This document shows positions 18,701 through 30,040 of a DNA stretch of 64,000 nt, one piece after another; position 1 is the first letter of the stretch; each line of letters opens with the position of its first letter. The stretch covers positions 1,714,578 through 1,778,577 of the forward strand of contig OZ241907.1 of NCBI GenBank assembly GCA_965203515.1. The letters run 5' to 3'. The notes below the pieces were generated by a model. It did no database searches, had not been told where the DNA came from, and worked only from the letters and a program-made list of their open reading frames with translations. The translations under genes and the position numbers were made by a program. This stretch comes from Spirochaetia bacterium. GTDB lineage: Bacteria; Spirochaetota; Spirochaetia; SZUA-6; Bin103.

Positions 18701-19553
18701 CTTCGTCGTATAACTCGTCTTCGTCGCTCCACGGCGGGGAGGCGACGACGCAGTCGAAGACCGCCTCCGATCCGTCACTCGGCACTGCCTTTTTCAGCGC
18801 GTTACCGTACTCCAGCCCCGGGGGTTCGACCCCGGCCAACAACAGTCGGCACAGTGTGATAAGGTACGCGCGTTCCGCGACTTCGACGCCGGAAACCGCA
18901 GCCGGTCCGACATTCGATCGCGGTGATGACGGAAGCGCCGCGTTCAGCCGGCGCGATGCCCCAGCGAGCAGTTCCCCAAAGCCGAAGCACGGATCATAGA
19001 CGCTTTCACCGGGTTTGAGGTCGGCCAGATCCAGCATGAGATCGGCGACCGGCGCAGGCGTGATGAACTGGCCCAGGCGATCCGCGTGCCGTTTCACCAT
19101 GAACCGCAACGCGTCGTCGAATACACCCGTCGCACGCCGGCGCCCTTCCGACGTGCTCAAATCGAGAGCGAACAACCAGTCGATTACCCGACGCATCTCG
19201 GCGCCGGTAGAAGTTCTCAATATCACATTCGTCGCTAAATCGGAAAATCCATAAAAATCTTCGTCGATAAGATATCGATCTTGCATCCGAAACAGCCCGG
19301 CATCGACACGCTTCGCCGCCAGTATGGCATCCGACTTTGGGGGCCTCTTCCATCTCTTTTTCTCGACCAATTCATCTATATCATCGCCTGAATCGATCTG
19401 GCCTTCGGTATCGTCCGAACCGGCGTATCCGATGAACAGTCCGGCCAGCCCCCACACTGCGCTCACAGGATGCTTCCACTCTTCGATCAGCGTCCGCAGG
19501 TCGGAACGCACCTGTTCCAAGGCTGCTTGTTCGTGCTTCCCGTCATGGTTCAT
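15675..19553 (-). CDS. 1292-aa fusion protein: HsdM-like N6-adenine MTase + HsdS-like TRD + uncharacterised middle + C-terminal STAND/Arch_ATPase-like NTPase
   Basis: GQFITPAPVADLM (motif X), YDPCFGFGELL (motif I), FDCVVASPPW (motif IV variant). HLSIPVLRALKVPVPPVSVQDAVLKEL is an S-subunit TRD signature. C-terminal PYIVGPPVDRAEMFFGRDGI...VILLEGNRRTGKTSIL (Walker A), RRVLLMLDEFDKL (Walker B), ILTGSRRL. Overlaps the downstream NTPase gene by 56 nt. Confidence 0.6.
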   Translation of the reverse strand: MNHDGKHEQAALEQVRSDLRTLIEEWKHPVSAVWGLAGLFIGYAGSDDTEGQIDSGDDIDELVEKKRWKRPPKSDAILAAKRVDAGLFRMQDRYLIDEDFYGFSDLATNVILRTSTGAEMRRVIDWLFALDLSTSEGRRRATGVFDDALRFMVKRHADRLGQFITPAPVADLMLDLADLKPGESVYDPCFGFGELLAGASRRLNAALPSSPRSNVGPAAVSGVEVAERAYLITLCRLLLAGVEPPGLEYGNALKKAVPSDGSEAVFDCVVASPPWSDEDELYDEDDSFRFPSYRVEELFLQHVMANMRPGGRAVVALPERPLFHADSLPLRKALLSEYRVQDVIALPAGSFEPFTGISMSVIVFSRDEPRDAVRFLTVSPMAWQAAQEDARGVAEMIGDHRQASASYASPGVESWSAPVRELTLRDYELIAKKSGSERLDAEIERLVKADPSLKVKSLDEVAEVFPGVENDFFDAPEPNLLRSADVTDVRIRRPQTWPFDFSSLLGNPDPRAYLRGGDLLVPMTDNVGSIFLVEENEHEHEYEVMADETIAFVRVHEGIVKPRFLAALLRSPAYWFWLSGHATGSTIRHLSIPVLRALKVPVPPVSVQDAVLKELGELRGDALAVLFRLLSGMARHPVALWLEGPLAASLAAGRRSDGARGIDMLAKLAAEIRSLDTPPAAPTAGDGAIDRWLEAARRAAASLDYLDSVPEGAGRLVVLEFAVAKLREALGVLDRAEDPLGERLRSVTWGLVGLVEDEAHAMQRRGRLDITVPAEVLAGTVAEVRLRVANLSPVPLSKVRVTVRQADLTLVSQADRTLVREVPYLAEGQRHEIPLVVRAQDDTQPLDIDVAWQARRLDATPVEGRTKVSVPVRSGNEAAATGDLDASPYIVGPPVDRAEMFFGRDGIMDQIRRHLGGEQANVILLEGNRRTGKTSILQQLRKEEALPGWVPVYCSFQDMDSMSTSNVFRLLARQTGIALADAGIETWIPDAPAPESGRPFKLAFLAALRGAFSDDHPYETLALYLSTAIEAAKPRRRRVLLMLDEFDKLQDGIDGGITSQQVPENIRHLLQHQSGLGAILTGSRRLKRLREEYWSALFGFGHRIGVSALPEEEARRLVTEPVARRIRYLPQARDQLVALCSRHPFLIQSLCSRVFDQAAAGSERIITGDLVDRAATEMVRDNEHFQTLWGYAGSERRRLILALSDRMADAPDAFNRDLIGLKFEEYRVPVRDDEALADDITELRELELLEIDQSNRGVTYRLAIPLMADWLRMNVDFDDLVERARQEAIRHA

Positions 19554-19567
19554 GGCTATACCGTACG

Positions 19568-19583
19568 TAGCAGAAACCGTGCC
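19568..19583 (-). promoter_or_regulatory. sigma-54 (-24/-12) promoter TGGCACGGTTTCTGCT
   Basis: Minus-strand sequence matches TGGCACG-N4-TTGCW with GG and GC at canonical spacing. It lies 15 nt upstream of the giant ORF start (19553) and 2 nt downstream of the RtcR-like stop (19585-19587). Confidence 0.5.
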
Positions 19584-19584
19584 A

Positions 19585-21081
<1,497 letters not shown>

Positions 21082-21082
21082 C

Positions 21083-22078
21083 TCAGCCGATCGGCTCGAC
21101 CTCGACTACCTCGGAACGCTGGAAGGAGCGGACGCACGCCTCGATGACCAGTTGCGCCTGCAGCGCGTCGACGCCGGACGCGTCGATCCGCTCCGGCGGC
21201 ACGCCCTGGTCGAGTTGATCGACCCAGCGGCCGATGCGGCTGTCGAAGGTCTCGCCGAAGCCCAGCATCCCGCCCAGAAACTGATACGTCTCCGCCTCCT
21301 GGCTCTCCCGCGTGAAGAAGGTGAGGCGCTGGCACGCCTCCTCCAGCAGGAAGCGGCCCTTGGAGCCGGTCACGTCGCAGGTCTCCAGGCCGAAGCCGCC
21401 GCCGGCGTCGTAGCTGCCGGTGAGCGACCCGATCATGCCGCCGGCGAACTCCAGGACGATCTTGGCGTTCGACCAGATGGCGCGGCCCTCCCCCTGCATG
21501 AAGAACGCCGCCACCCGCCGCACGTCGCCGGCGAAGTAGCGCATGACGTCGATCGAATGCGGGTGCAGCGCGCGGATGTGGAACCACGGCGAGGTCTCCA
21601 CCGGGTTGTCGATCCACATGGTCATGCCGATCATGTGCAGCGTCCCCAGCCGGCCCGACTCGACCCACTCCCTGGCGCGCTCGGCGGCCGGCGTGAAGCG
21701 GTGGTTGAGGTTGATGCCGTAGGGCAGTCCCTTGGACGCGGCCAGCTCGACCATCCTGCGCCCCTCGTCGATCCGGTTGGAGATCGGCTTCTCTCCCAGG
21801 ACCGGGATGCCGGCTGCGAGCAGCTCCATGGTCGGGGCGAAGTGATCGCCGCCGTTCTCCTCACCCTTGGTGCAGACGCTGCACGCCGCCAGCTCGATGC
21901 CGCTGGCCAGCATGTCGGCGATCGACGTGAACGCCCGCGCGCCGTGCGCGTCCGCCAGTCGGGAAGCGCGCGCGGCGTCGACGTCGCAGACCGCCGCCAC
22001 GTCGCTCTTGGGGTGCCTGGCGTATGCTTGCGCGTGGCGGGTGCCGATGCCGCCTGCGCCGACGATTCCGATCTTCAT
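21083..22078 (-). CDS. Gfo/Idh/MocA family oxidoreductase
   Basis: MKIGIVGAGGIGTRHAQAY Rossmann N-terminus; GEKPIS motif. Confidence 0.75.
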   Translation of the reverse strand: MKIGIVGAGGIGTRHAQAYARHPKSDVAAVCDVDAARASRLADAHGARAFTSIADMLASGIELAACSVCTKGEENGGDHFAPTMELLAAGIPVLGEKPISNRIDEGRRMVELAASKGLPYGINLNHRFTPAAERAREWVESGRLGTLHMIGMTMWIDNPVETSPWFHIRALHPHSIDVMRYFAGDVRRVAAFFMQGEGRAIWSNAKIVLEFAGGMIGSLTGSYDAGGGFGLETCDVTGSKGRFLLEEACQRLTFFTRESQEAETYQFLGGMLGFGETFDSRIGRWVDQLDQGVPPERIDASGVDALQAQLVIEACVRSFQRSEVVEVEPIG

Positions 22079-22119
22079 GTCGCGCGGCAGCTTAGCACGG
22101 CGCCCGCCCGGGGGGTGAC

Positions 22120-22920
22120 GTGAACCGAGCGTGCGGATACGTGATCGCGAACGACGGCGTGCGGCTCCACTACGACGAAGCCGGCGTCGGCAAGGCGGCG
22201 GTGCTCATCCACGGCGGCGGCCTGAGCAACGTATGGTGGGAGCGCAACCTGCCGGCGCTCAGCGGTCGGTTCCACGTGATCGCGCCCGACACGCGCGGCT
22301 GCGGGCGCTCGCAACGCACGCCCTGGGGCCATCGCACCGCCCGCTACGCGGCGGACGTGCGGGAGATCATCCACGCCCTGGGCCTGCACGACGTGACGCT
22401 GGTCGGCTGGTCGATCGGCGCGCGCACCTGCTACTCCTACCTGGAGCTGTTCGGCGCGCACCGGCTGCGCGGCGTGGTGCTGGTCGATGAGACCGTGCAC
22501 GTCTCCGTCCACCGGCCTCCCCCGCCGGGTTCGGAGCGGCAGCCGGGCGAGAGCGACGGCGATTACCGGCGGCGCAAGATGCGGGCGCTGCTGGGCCCGG
22601 TCTACGGCCCGCAGGCGACCGGCCCGGAGATCGATCGGCTGGCGAACTCCGCCTCCGACTACGCGCCGGCCGGCCAGACGCTCGGCCCCGACTACCACGC
22701 GCAGGACTGGCGCCCGCTCTGCCCGGCGATCAGGGTTCCGGTGCTGGTGGCCGCCGGCCGGCACAGCGGCGCACTCCCCGGCTGCCGCTACGCGGCCGAT
22801 CACATCCCCGGCGCCCGCCTGGAGATATTCGAGCACAGCGATCACGCGCCGTTCTACTCGGAGGCGGAGCGGTTCAACCGCGTCGTCGCCGATTTCGTGA
22901 ACGATCCGCTCCCGGCGTAG
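22120..22920 (+). CDS. alpha/beta hydrolase fold protein
   Basis: AVLIHGGG...VGWSIGA nucleophile elbow (GxSxG). GTG start. Confidence 0.65.
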   Translation: MNRACGYVIANDGVRLHYDEAGVGKAAVLIHGGGLSNVWWERNLPALSGRFHVIAPDTRGCGRSQRTPWGHRTARYAADVREIIHALGLHDVTLVGWSIGARTCYSYLELFGAHRLRGVVLVDETVHVSVHRPPPPGSERQPGESDGDYRRRKMRALLGPVYGPQATGPEIDRLANSASDYAPAGQTLGPDYHAQDWRPLCPAIRVPVLVAAGRHSGALPGCRYAADHIPGARLEIFEHSDHAPFYSEAERFNRVVADFVNDPLPA

Positions 22921-22995
22921 CCGCTCTCCGGCGGCTACGGGTCGGCGTGCGCCTGCGCATGGACGCTCGCCGGTTCGACGGCCGCTCCCGGGCGG

Positions 22996-24324
<1,329 letters not shown>

Positions 24325-24402
24325 CAGCTACCTCCGATCAGAGAATCGTCACGGACGGTACCGCCCCGCAGGCTTGCGCTCAAGGTCACCCCGATATATC
24401 CC

Positions 24403-26289
24403 ATGCCAACCGATCCGCCGCCCTACGGAGTCGTCAACGCCCGCAACTGCGGGATGACCGCGCGCGACGGCGCGTGGCTGGCCACCGACGTGTGGCGGCC
24501 GGCGCGCGATGGCGAGCCGCTGCCCGGCCCGTTTCCCGCCATCCTGCTGCGCACGCCGTACGACCGCGCGCGCCCCACGGTCCAGGAGACGGGCGAGTTC
24601 TTCGCCGGCCGCGGCTACCTGGCCGCGATCCAGGACTGCCGCGGGCGCTACGGCTCGGAAGGCGAGTTCGTCCTGTTGGCGAACGAGGGCCCCGACGGCT
24701 ACGACGCGATCGAGTGGCTGGCATCCTTGCCGTACTGCGACGGCAACGTCGGCACCTACGGCACCTCCTACCTGGCCTGGGTACAGAACGCCGCGGCGAT
24801 CGAGCGGCCGCCGCACCTCAAGGCGATGTGGGTCAACCAGGGCGGCGCCAACGGCAACACCGCCACGCTGCGCCACAACGGCGCGCTGGAGCTGCGCTGG
24901 CTGACCTGGGCGGTCACCTTTGGCACGGTGTCGTGCGAGGCGCAACGCGATCCGGCGCTGCAGGCCGACCTGACCCGCGCCGGCGAGCGGATGTACGAAT
25001 GGCTGACGCGGCTGCCGTGGCGGGGCCGCGACTCGCCGCTGGCCGGCCTGCCGGTATACGAGCGCTGGGCGCGCGACCTCTACGAGCACGGCGATGCCGA
25101 CGAGTTCTGGCAGCAGTCCGGCCTCAACTTCGCCGCCCACTACGATCGCACCGCCGACGTGCCGACCATGTACGCCGGCTCCTGGTACGACTCCTATACG
25201 CGCGCCACGGTGGAGAACTACCAGGCGCTGAGCGCGCGTCTGGCCGAGCAGTCGCTGCTGGTGGGGGCATGGACCCACGGCGACGCCACCATGGATACCT
25301 GCGTGGCGGGCGACGTCGACCTGGGGCCGGGCCTGCCGGTAGCGGGCAACCTGGCGGCCGATCACCGGCACCTGGTACTGCGCTGGTTCGACCGCCACCT
25401 GCGCGGCCGGACCGACGGCGCCCAAGCCGACCCGCCGGTGCGCCTGTTCGTCATGGGCGGCGGCTCCGGCGGCCGCAGCGCCGAGGGGCGGCTGCAGCAC
25501 GGCGGGCGCTGGCGCGCCGAGCGCGCGTGGCCCCTGGCGCGGGCGGTCGCCACGCCCTTCTTTCTGGCGGCCGACGGCCGGCTCGCAGCCGGTCCGCCGT
25601 CTGCGCCCGCCGCGCTGTCGGCGCGCTTCGATCCGGCCGATCCGCTGCCGACCATCTCGGCCAACACCTCCTCCCTCAACGAGATCCTGCCGGCGCCGGA
25701 ACGCTTTGCGCCGGACGCCCCGAACGCCCTGACGCGGGTGATGGTCGTGCAGGGCGGCGCCGATCAGCGGACGCGGCCCGACCTGCACGGGTGCGCGCCG
25801 CCGTATGCGCCGCTGGAGTCCCGGCCGGACGTCCTGCTGTTCGCCACCGAACCGCTCGACGAGCCGCTCGAAGTGACCGGACCGATCGCCGCGACCCTCT
25901 ACCTCTCCTCCGACGCGCCGGATACCGACCTGTTCGTGATGCTGCAGGACTACTATCCGCCGAGCGCCGCGTGGCCGGACGGCTATCGGCTCAACGTCGC
26001 CGACGGCATCATGCGCGTGCGCTACCGCGACGGCATGGACCGGCCGCAGCCGATGGAGCCGGGCCGGGTCTACCGCGTCGTCGTGCCGCTCTACCCCACC
26101 AGCAACCTGTTCGCCGCCGGCCACCGGCTGCGGCTGCTGGTCAGCTTCTCGTCGTTCCCGCGGTTCGACGTCAACCCCAACACCGGCCAGCCGATCGGCC
26201 GCCATACGCGCACGCAGACGGCGACCAACACGATCCACCTGTCGCCGGAGCACCCGTCCGCGGTCGAGCTTCCGGTGGTTCCGACGTGA
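24403..26289 (+). CDS. CocE/NonD family hydrolase (S15 X-Pro dipeptidyl-peptidase-like)
   Basis: Track ORF 628 aa. GTSYLAW nucleophile region and family-typical C-terminal beta-sandwich. Confidence 0.7.
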   Translation: MPTDPPPYGVVNARNCGMTARDGAWLATDVWRPARDGEPLPGPFPAILLRTPYDRARPTVQETGEFFAGRGYLAAIQDCRGRYGSEGEFVLLANEGPDGYDAIEWLASLPYCDGNVGTYGTSYLAWVQNAAAIERPPHLKAMWVNQGGANGNTATLRHNGALELRWLTWAVTFGTVSCEAQRDPALQADLTRAGERMYEWLTRLPWRGRDSPLAGLPVYERWARDLYEHGDADEFWQQSGLNFAAHYDRTADVPTMYAGSWYDSYTRATVENYQALSARLAEQSLLVGAWTHGDATMDTCVAGDVDLGPGLPVAGNLAADHRHLVLRWFDRHLRGRTDGAQADPPVRLFVMGGGSGGRSAEGRLQHGGRWRAERAWPLARAVATPFFLAADGRLAAGPPSAPAALSARFDPADPLPTISANTSSLNEILPAPERFAPDAPNALTRVMVVQGGADQRTRPDLHGCAPPYAPLESRPDVLLFATEPLDEPLEVTGPIAATLYLSSDAPDTDLFVMLQDYYPPSAAWPDGYRLNVADGIMRVRYRDGMDRPQPMEPGRVYRVVVPLYPTSNLFAAGHRLRLLVSFSSFPRFDVNPNTGQPIGRHTRTQTATNTIHLSPEHPSAVELPVVPT

Positions 26290-27470
26290 GCCTGCGGGTC
26301 GGGCTGGTCGGCGCGCGCTTCGCCGCCAACTTCCACGCCGACTGCTACCGCGGGCTCGGTCCGGGAGCGGTCACGGTCGCCGGCGTCTACTCGCCCACCG
26401 CCGCGCGCCGCGATGCCTTCGCCGAGCGCCACGGCGTGGCGGCGTGCTCGTCGCTCGACCACCTGCTGGACGTCTCCGACGTGATCGACGTGTGCGCGCC
26501 GCCGTACGCCCACGAACCCTGCGTCGTCGCCGCGGCGGCGGCCGGCAAGCACGTGATCGTCGAGAAGCCGTTCACGGGCGCCTTCGGGCCGGACGGCGAT
26601 CCCGACTGGCGAGGCGACCGCGCCTCCAAGGCCGAGCTCCTGGCGGAGGCGATGGCCAGCGCGGATCGCATGCGGCAGGCGGTCGAGCAGGCCGGGATCA
26701 CGCTCTGCTACGCCGAAAACTGGGTCTACGCTCCGTCCATACGGAAGGAGGTCGAAGTCATCGTCAAGACGCAGGCGCGCATCCTGTGGATACACGGCGA
26801 GGAGTCCCATTCCGGCTCGCACTCCCCGGTCTACGGCATCTGGGCCAGGACCGGCGGCGGCTCCCTGGTCGGCAAGGGGTGCCATCCGCTCACCGCGGCG
26901 CTCTACCTGAAGCGGGTGCAGGGCCAGGCGACCGACGGCGCCCCGGTGCGCCCGCGCGCGGTGAGCGCCCGCGTGCACCGCCTGACGGCGGCGGCCGGCT
27001 TTCGCGACCTCGGCTGGCTGCGTACCGACTACCGGGACGTGGAGGACTACTGCCAGGTGCACGTGGTCTTCGACGACGGCACCGTAGCCGACGTCCACTC
27101 CACGGAGATCGTCATGGGCGGGGTGCACAACTGGCTGGAGGTCTACGCGAACAACCACCGCATGCGCTGCAACGTCAATCCCACCGACGCCAACATCCTG
27201 TACAACCCGGAGGAACGGCAGCTCGACGACGTGTACGTCGTCGAAAAGATCGGCACCAAGCAGGGCTGGTCGTTTCCCGCCCCGGACGAGGATTGGGCGA
27301 CCGGCTACCGCCAGGAGCTGGCGGACTTCCTTGCCGCGATCCGCGACCGCCGCGAACCGGCGAGCGGTCTGCCGCTCGCGCTCGATACGACCGCGGTGCT
27401 GTACGCGGCGTACCTGTCGGCCGAGCGCGACGGCCGGGAAGTCGCCGTCCCGCGTCTGACGGAAGGCTGA
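26286..27470 (+). CDS. Gfo/Idh/MocA family oxidoreductase
   Basis: GTG 26286 overlaps the upstream stop (GTGA). VSLRVGLVGARFAANFH...EKPF motifs. Corresponds to the second half of the 1050-aa track ORF 24318..27470. Confidence 0.7.
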   Translation: MSLRVGLVGARFAANFHADCYRGLGPGAVTVAGVYSPTAARRDAFAERHGVAACSSLDHLLDVSDVIDVCAPPYAHEPCVVAAAAAGKHVIVEKPFTGAFGPDGDPDWRGDRASKAELLAEAMASADRMRQAVEQAGITLCYAENWVYAPSIRKEVEVIVKTQARILWIHGEESHSGSHSPVYGIWARTGGGSLVGKGCHPLTAALYLKRVQGQATDGAPVRPRAVSARVHRLTAAAGFRDLGWLRTDYRDVEDYCQVHVVFDDGTVADVHSTEIVMGGVHNWLEVYANNHRMRCNVNPTDANILYNPEERQLDDVYVVEKIGTKQGWSFPAPDEDWATGYRQELADFLAAIRDRREPASGLPLALDTTAVLYAAYLSAERDGREVAVPRLTEG

Positions 27471-27487
27471 GCGAAGGCAGGCGACGG

Positions 27488-28213
27488 ATGGCAGGCGAGC
27501 TCCGCATCGGCCGCGACCGCGTCGTGGTCCTGGCCAAGACCGGCCGGCAGGCGAGCTGGCACCGGCTGGCGGCCGACCGGCGCCGCGCGGCCGAACGGGA
27601 GCACGTCGATCTGATGCTGTCGATCGCGGCCCGGCACCGTCTGCGGCGACTGGAAGGCTATCGGCTGATCGGACTGCAGGGCCGTTGGGAGCGGTTCTGG
27701 GTGATCGAGTTCCCCGACCTGGACGGCGCCGAGGCGTGGATCGAGGCGGAAATGGCGCCGCCGTACGGGGCGTACGGATTCTATGAATATCATCTGACCC
27801 GGCCGCTGGCGCCGGAAGTCCTGGCCGGCTGGCTGCCGGGGCCGCCGCGGGAGATCGAACCGCAGGCAGCCGATCCGAGGGCGATTCCCGCGCTCGCCGC
27901 CGACCGTTCCAGCGTGGCCGTGCTGCAGTTCTCGCGGACCGCCGCGGCAGCCGGTCACGCCGATGCCGAGCGCACCGAGGACCTGCGGCGGATCGCCCGC
28001 GAGCGCGGGATGCTGAGCCTGGAGTGCTTCCAGCTCATCGACCCGATCCCGGCCTGGCACCGCGTCTGGATAGGCGAGTTTCCGGACTTGGCCGGCGCCG
28101 AGGCATGGATCGACGCCGAGGCGGCGCCGGCGCGCGCCGCGCATGCCGAACGCGCCTCGTATCTGGCGCGCCGCTGGGCGCCGGCCTACTTCGCCTCCTG
28201 GCGCCGTCCTTGA
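27488..28213 (+). CDS. hypothetical protein with internally duplicated ~100-aa domain
   Basis: The two halves share W.R.WVIEFPDLDGAEAWIEAEMAP vs WHRVWIGEFPDLAGAEAWIDAEAAP. Confidence 0.4.
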   Translation: MAGELRIGRDRVVVLAKTGRQASWHRLAADRRRAAEREHVDLMLSIAARHRLRRLEGYRLIGLQGRWERFWVIEFPDLDGAEAWIEAEMAPPYGAYGFYEYHLTRPLAPEVLAGWLPGPPREIEPQAADPRAIPALAADRSSVAVLQFSRTAAAAGHADAERTEDLRRIARERGMLSLECFQLIDPIPAWHRVWIGEFPDLAGAEAWIDAEAAPARAAHAERASYLARRWAPAYFASWRRP

Positions 28214-28256
28214 CGGCCCGTCCGTAAAAACGGCGAGCAGGCGGCAGAACCGATCC

Positions 28257-29018
28257 ATGCTGCTCGGACAGCCGCTGCCGGCGGTGGCGGCGGCGGCGGC
28301 GATCGTGGCCGCCGCGTCGGCTCTGCAGGCCACCATCGGCTTCGGTCTGGCGCTGCTGGCCATCCCCTTGCTGCACCTGAGCGGCTTCGCGCCGCCGGAG
28401 GCGATCGCCGTCTCCAGCTCGGCCATGCTGGTGCAGATGGCCAACGGGGTAGTGCGGCTGCGCGCCTGGGTACGGCCGCAGGAGCTGCTGTGGCCGCTGG
28501 CGGTCGTCATGGCGGCGCTGGCGGCCGGCGTGCTGGCGCTGCGCGCGGTGGTCGCCGTCCGGCCCGATCTGGCCCGGCAGGCCGCCGGCGCCGTGGTGCT
28601 GATCGCGCTGCTGGCGCTGGCGCTCCGCCGGCCGCCGCCGCGGCAGCGGGTGGCGGCGCCGTGGACGGTGCTGGCGATGGGCGCCTCCGGGCTGCTGGCC
28701 GGCTCGACCGGCATGGGCGGCGTGCCGCTGGCGCTCTGGACCTACGCGCACCGGTGGCCGCCGGAGCGCATCCGCGCCACGATCTGGGCTATCGCGCTGC
28801 CGGCCACCGCCATGCTGCTGGCGCTGCTGGCGGTCACCTTTGGCGCCGGCGTGGTCCGCGCGCTGGCGCTGGCGGCGCTGTTGTCTCCGTGCGCGCTGGC
28901 CGGATCGAACGCCGGACTCGCCCTGGCGCGGCGCCTGTCGGTGGCGCGTCTGCGGGCGGCCGCCTTCGCGGCGCTGGCCGTACTCGGCGTGAGCGCGGTC
29001 ATCCGCCCGCTGCTGTAA
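28257..29018 (+). CDS. TauE/SafE-type membrane transporter (sulfite exporter family)
   Basis: ~250-aa polytopic membrane protein, Gly/Ala-rich TM helices. Internal ATG 28257 chosen over track start 28143. Confidence 0.55.
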   Translation: MLLGQPLPAVAAAAAIVAAASALQATIGFGLALLAIPLLHLSGFAPPEAIAVSSSAMLVQMANGVVRLRAWVRPQELLWPLAVVMAALAAGVLALRAVVAVRPDLARQAAGAVVLIALLALALRRPPPRQRVAAPWTVLAMGASGLLAGSTGMGGVPLALWTYAHRWPPERIRATIWAIALPATAMLLALLAVTFGAGVVRALALAALLSPCALAGSNAGLALARRLSVARLRAAAFAALAVLGVSAVIRPLL

Positions 29019-29055
29019 GGTATCGCCGGAGATACGCAGCGTATCGCCGGAGATA
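29019..29055 (+). promoter_or_regulatory. tandem direct repeat (G/C)GTATCGCCGGAGATA x2, each a near-palindrome TATC-N6-GATA; candidate enhancer-binding-protein UAS
   Basis: Repeats at 29019-29034 and 29040-29055, about 75-90 bp upstream of the sigma-54 promoter at 29108. Confidence 0.4.
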
Positions 29056-29107
29056 GGGCGGTGCGCCCCGCAGCCCGCGCGCGGACTCGTCAGGCGCCCG
29101 GAATCGG

Positions 29108-29122
29108 TGGCACGGATTGTGC
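29108..29122 (+). promoter_or_regulatory. sigma-54 promoter TGGCACGGATTGTGC
   Basis: Perfect -24 TGGCAC and -12 TGC at canonical spacing. Followed by RBS AGGAGG (29134-29139) and ATG 29149. Confidence 0.55.
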
Positions 29123-29148
29123 CTGAAACATCGACAGGAGGATTCCAC

Positions 29149-30024
29149 ATGCACAAATCACTGATCGCGACCGTACTCGGCGTCATGATCGTCGCCGGCG
29201 CCGCCGCCAACGACGACGACGACAACGACGAGGTGTCGACCGTCGATGTCCTGGCGGTGCTCGAAGAGATCAACCAGAAGCTCGATCACGACCGGTCGTT
29301 CGACTCTGACGGAGCGCCGGACTCCGGCTTCGGCGGCGGCCCGTGGATGCCGGTGCGCTACCTGCCCGCCATCGCCGACCTCAACGCCTACTTCAAGAAG
29401 CTCGGTTCGTACGCTCCCATGAACCCGTTCTTCTTCCCGTTCAAGGACGGCGGCGCCGGCACCTGGCGATGGAGCCTCGACCGCAGCCTGCAGATCGGCA
29501 TGGAGTACGGGGGGTTCGGCCAGGACGTCCTGGGCTTCGCCACGCATGCGAGCGATCCTCTGGGACCGCGCGACACCGTCGATGCGGACGGCGACGGCTA
29601 CGACGACTACCACAGCTACGCCGGATACGGGCAGCACTACTTCGCCGGCATCTTCCAGTACAAGGTGCCGATAGCGCCCCGGCTGCTCTATTTGGCGACC
29701 GGTATCAAGACCGGCCTGGCGTTCGAGTCGCTGCGGTACGGCATGGACCGCCGCCAAGTGCTCACCGACACGCTCGGCATCACGTCCGGCGGCAACTCCT
29801 GGAAGCGGACCAGCCTGCTGGGCGGCGTGTACGCCGGGCTGCAGATCCGCCTGGACGGCGATCTCAACGTATTCAAGCTGGGGATCGAGGCCGGCGTGAC
29901 CGGACACTACGCCATAAGCGCCTGGGCGCCGGCCACCGGCGTCCACAAACGCACGCCCGCTCCCCCCGACGCCATGCAGGCGCACAACTTCTGGGTGGCG
30001 ATCGGCCCTCAGTTTCACTACTGA
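29149..30024 (+). CDS. secreted hypothetical protein (signal peptide MHKSLIATVLGVMIVAGAAAND, Asp-rich region)
   Basis: Strong RBS AGGAGG 10 nt upstream of ATG 29149. Hydrophobic N-terminal signal sequence. Confidence 0.5.
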   Translation: MHKSLIATVLGVMIVAGAAANDDDDNDEVSTVDVLAVLEEINQKLDHDRSFDSDGAPDSGFGGGPWMPVRYLPAIADLNAYFKKLGSYAPMNPFFFPFKDGGAGTWRWSLDRSLQIGMEYGGFGQDVLGFATHASDPLGPRDTVDADGDGYDDYHSYAGYGQHYFAGIFQYKVPIAPRLLYLATGIKTGLAFESLRYGMDRRQVLTDTLGITSGGNSWKRTSLLGGVYAGLQIRLDGDLNVFKLGIEAGVTGHYAISAWAPATGVHKRTPAPPDAMQAHNFWVAIGPQFHY

Positions 30025-30040
30025 GTCCGCCGTCTGAGGG

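Noticed and set aside
27305-29273. Minus-strand ORFs 27305..28714 (469 aa) and 28035..29273 (412 aa)
   Set aside because: Low-complexity Arg/Gly/Ala translations antisense to the duplicated-domain gene and the TauE transporter.
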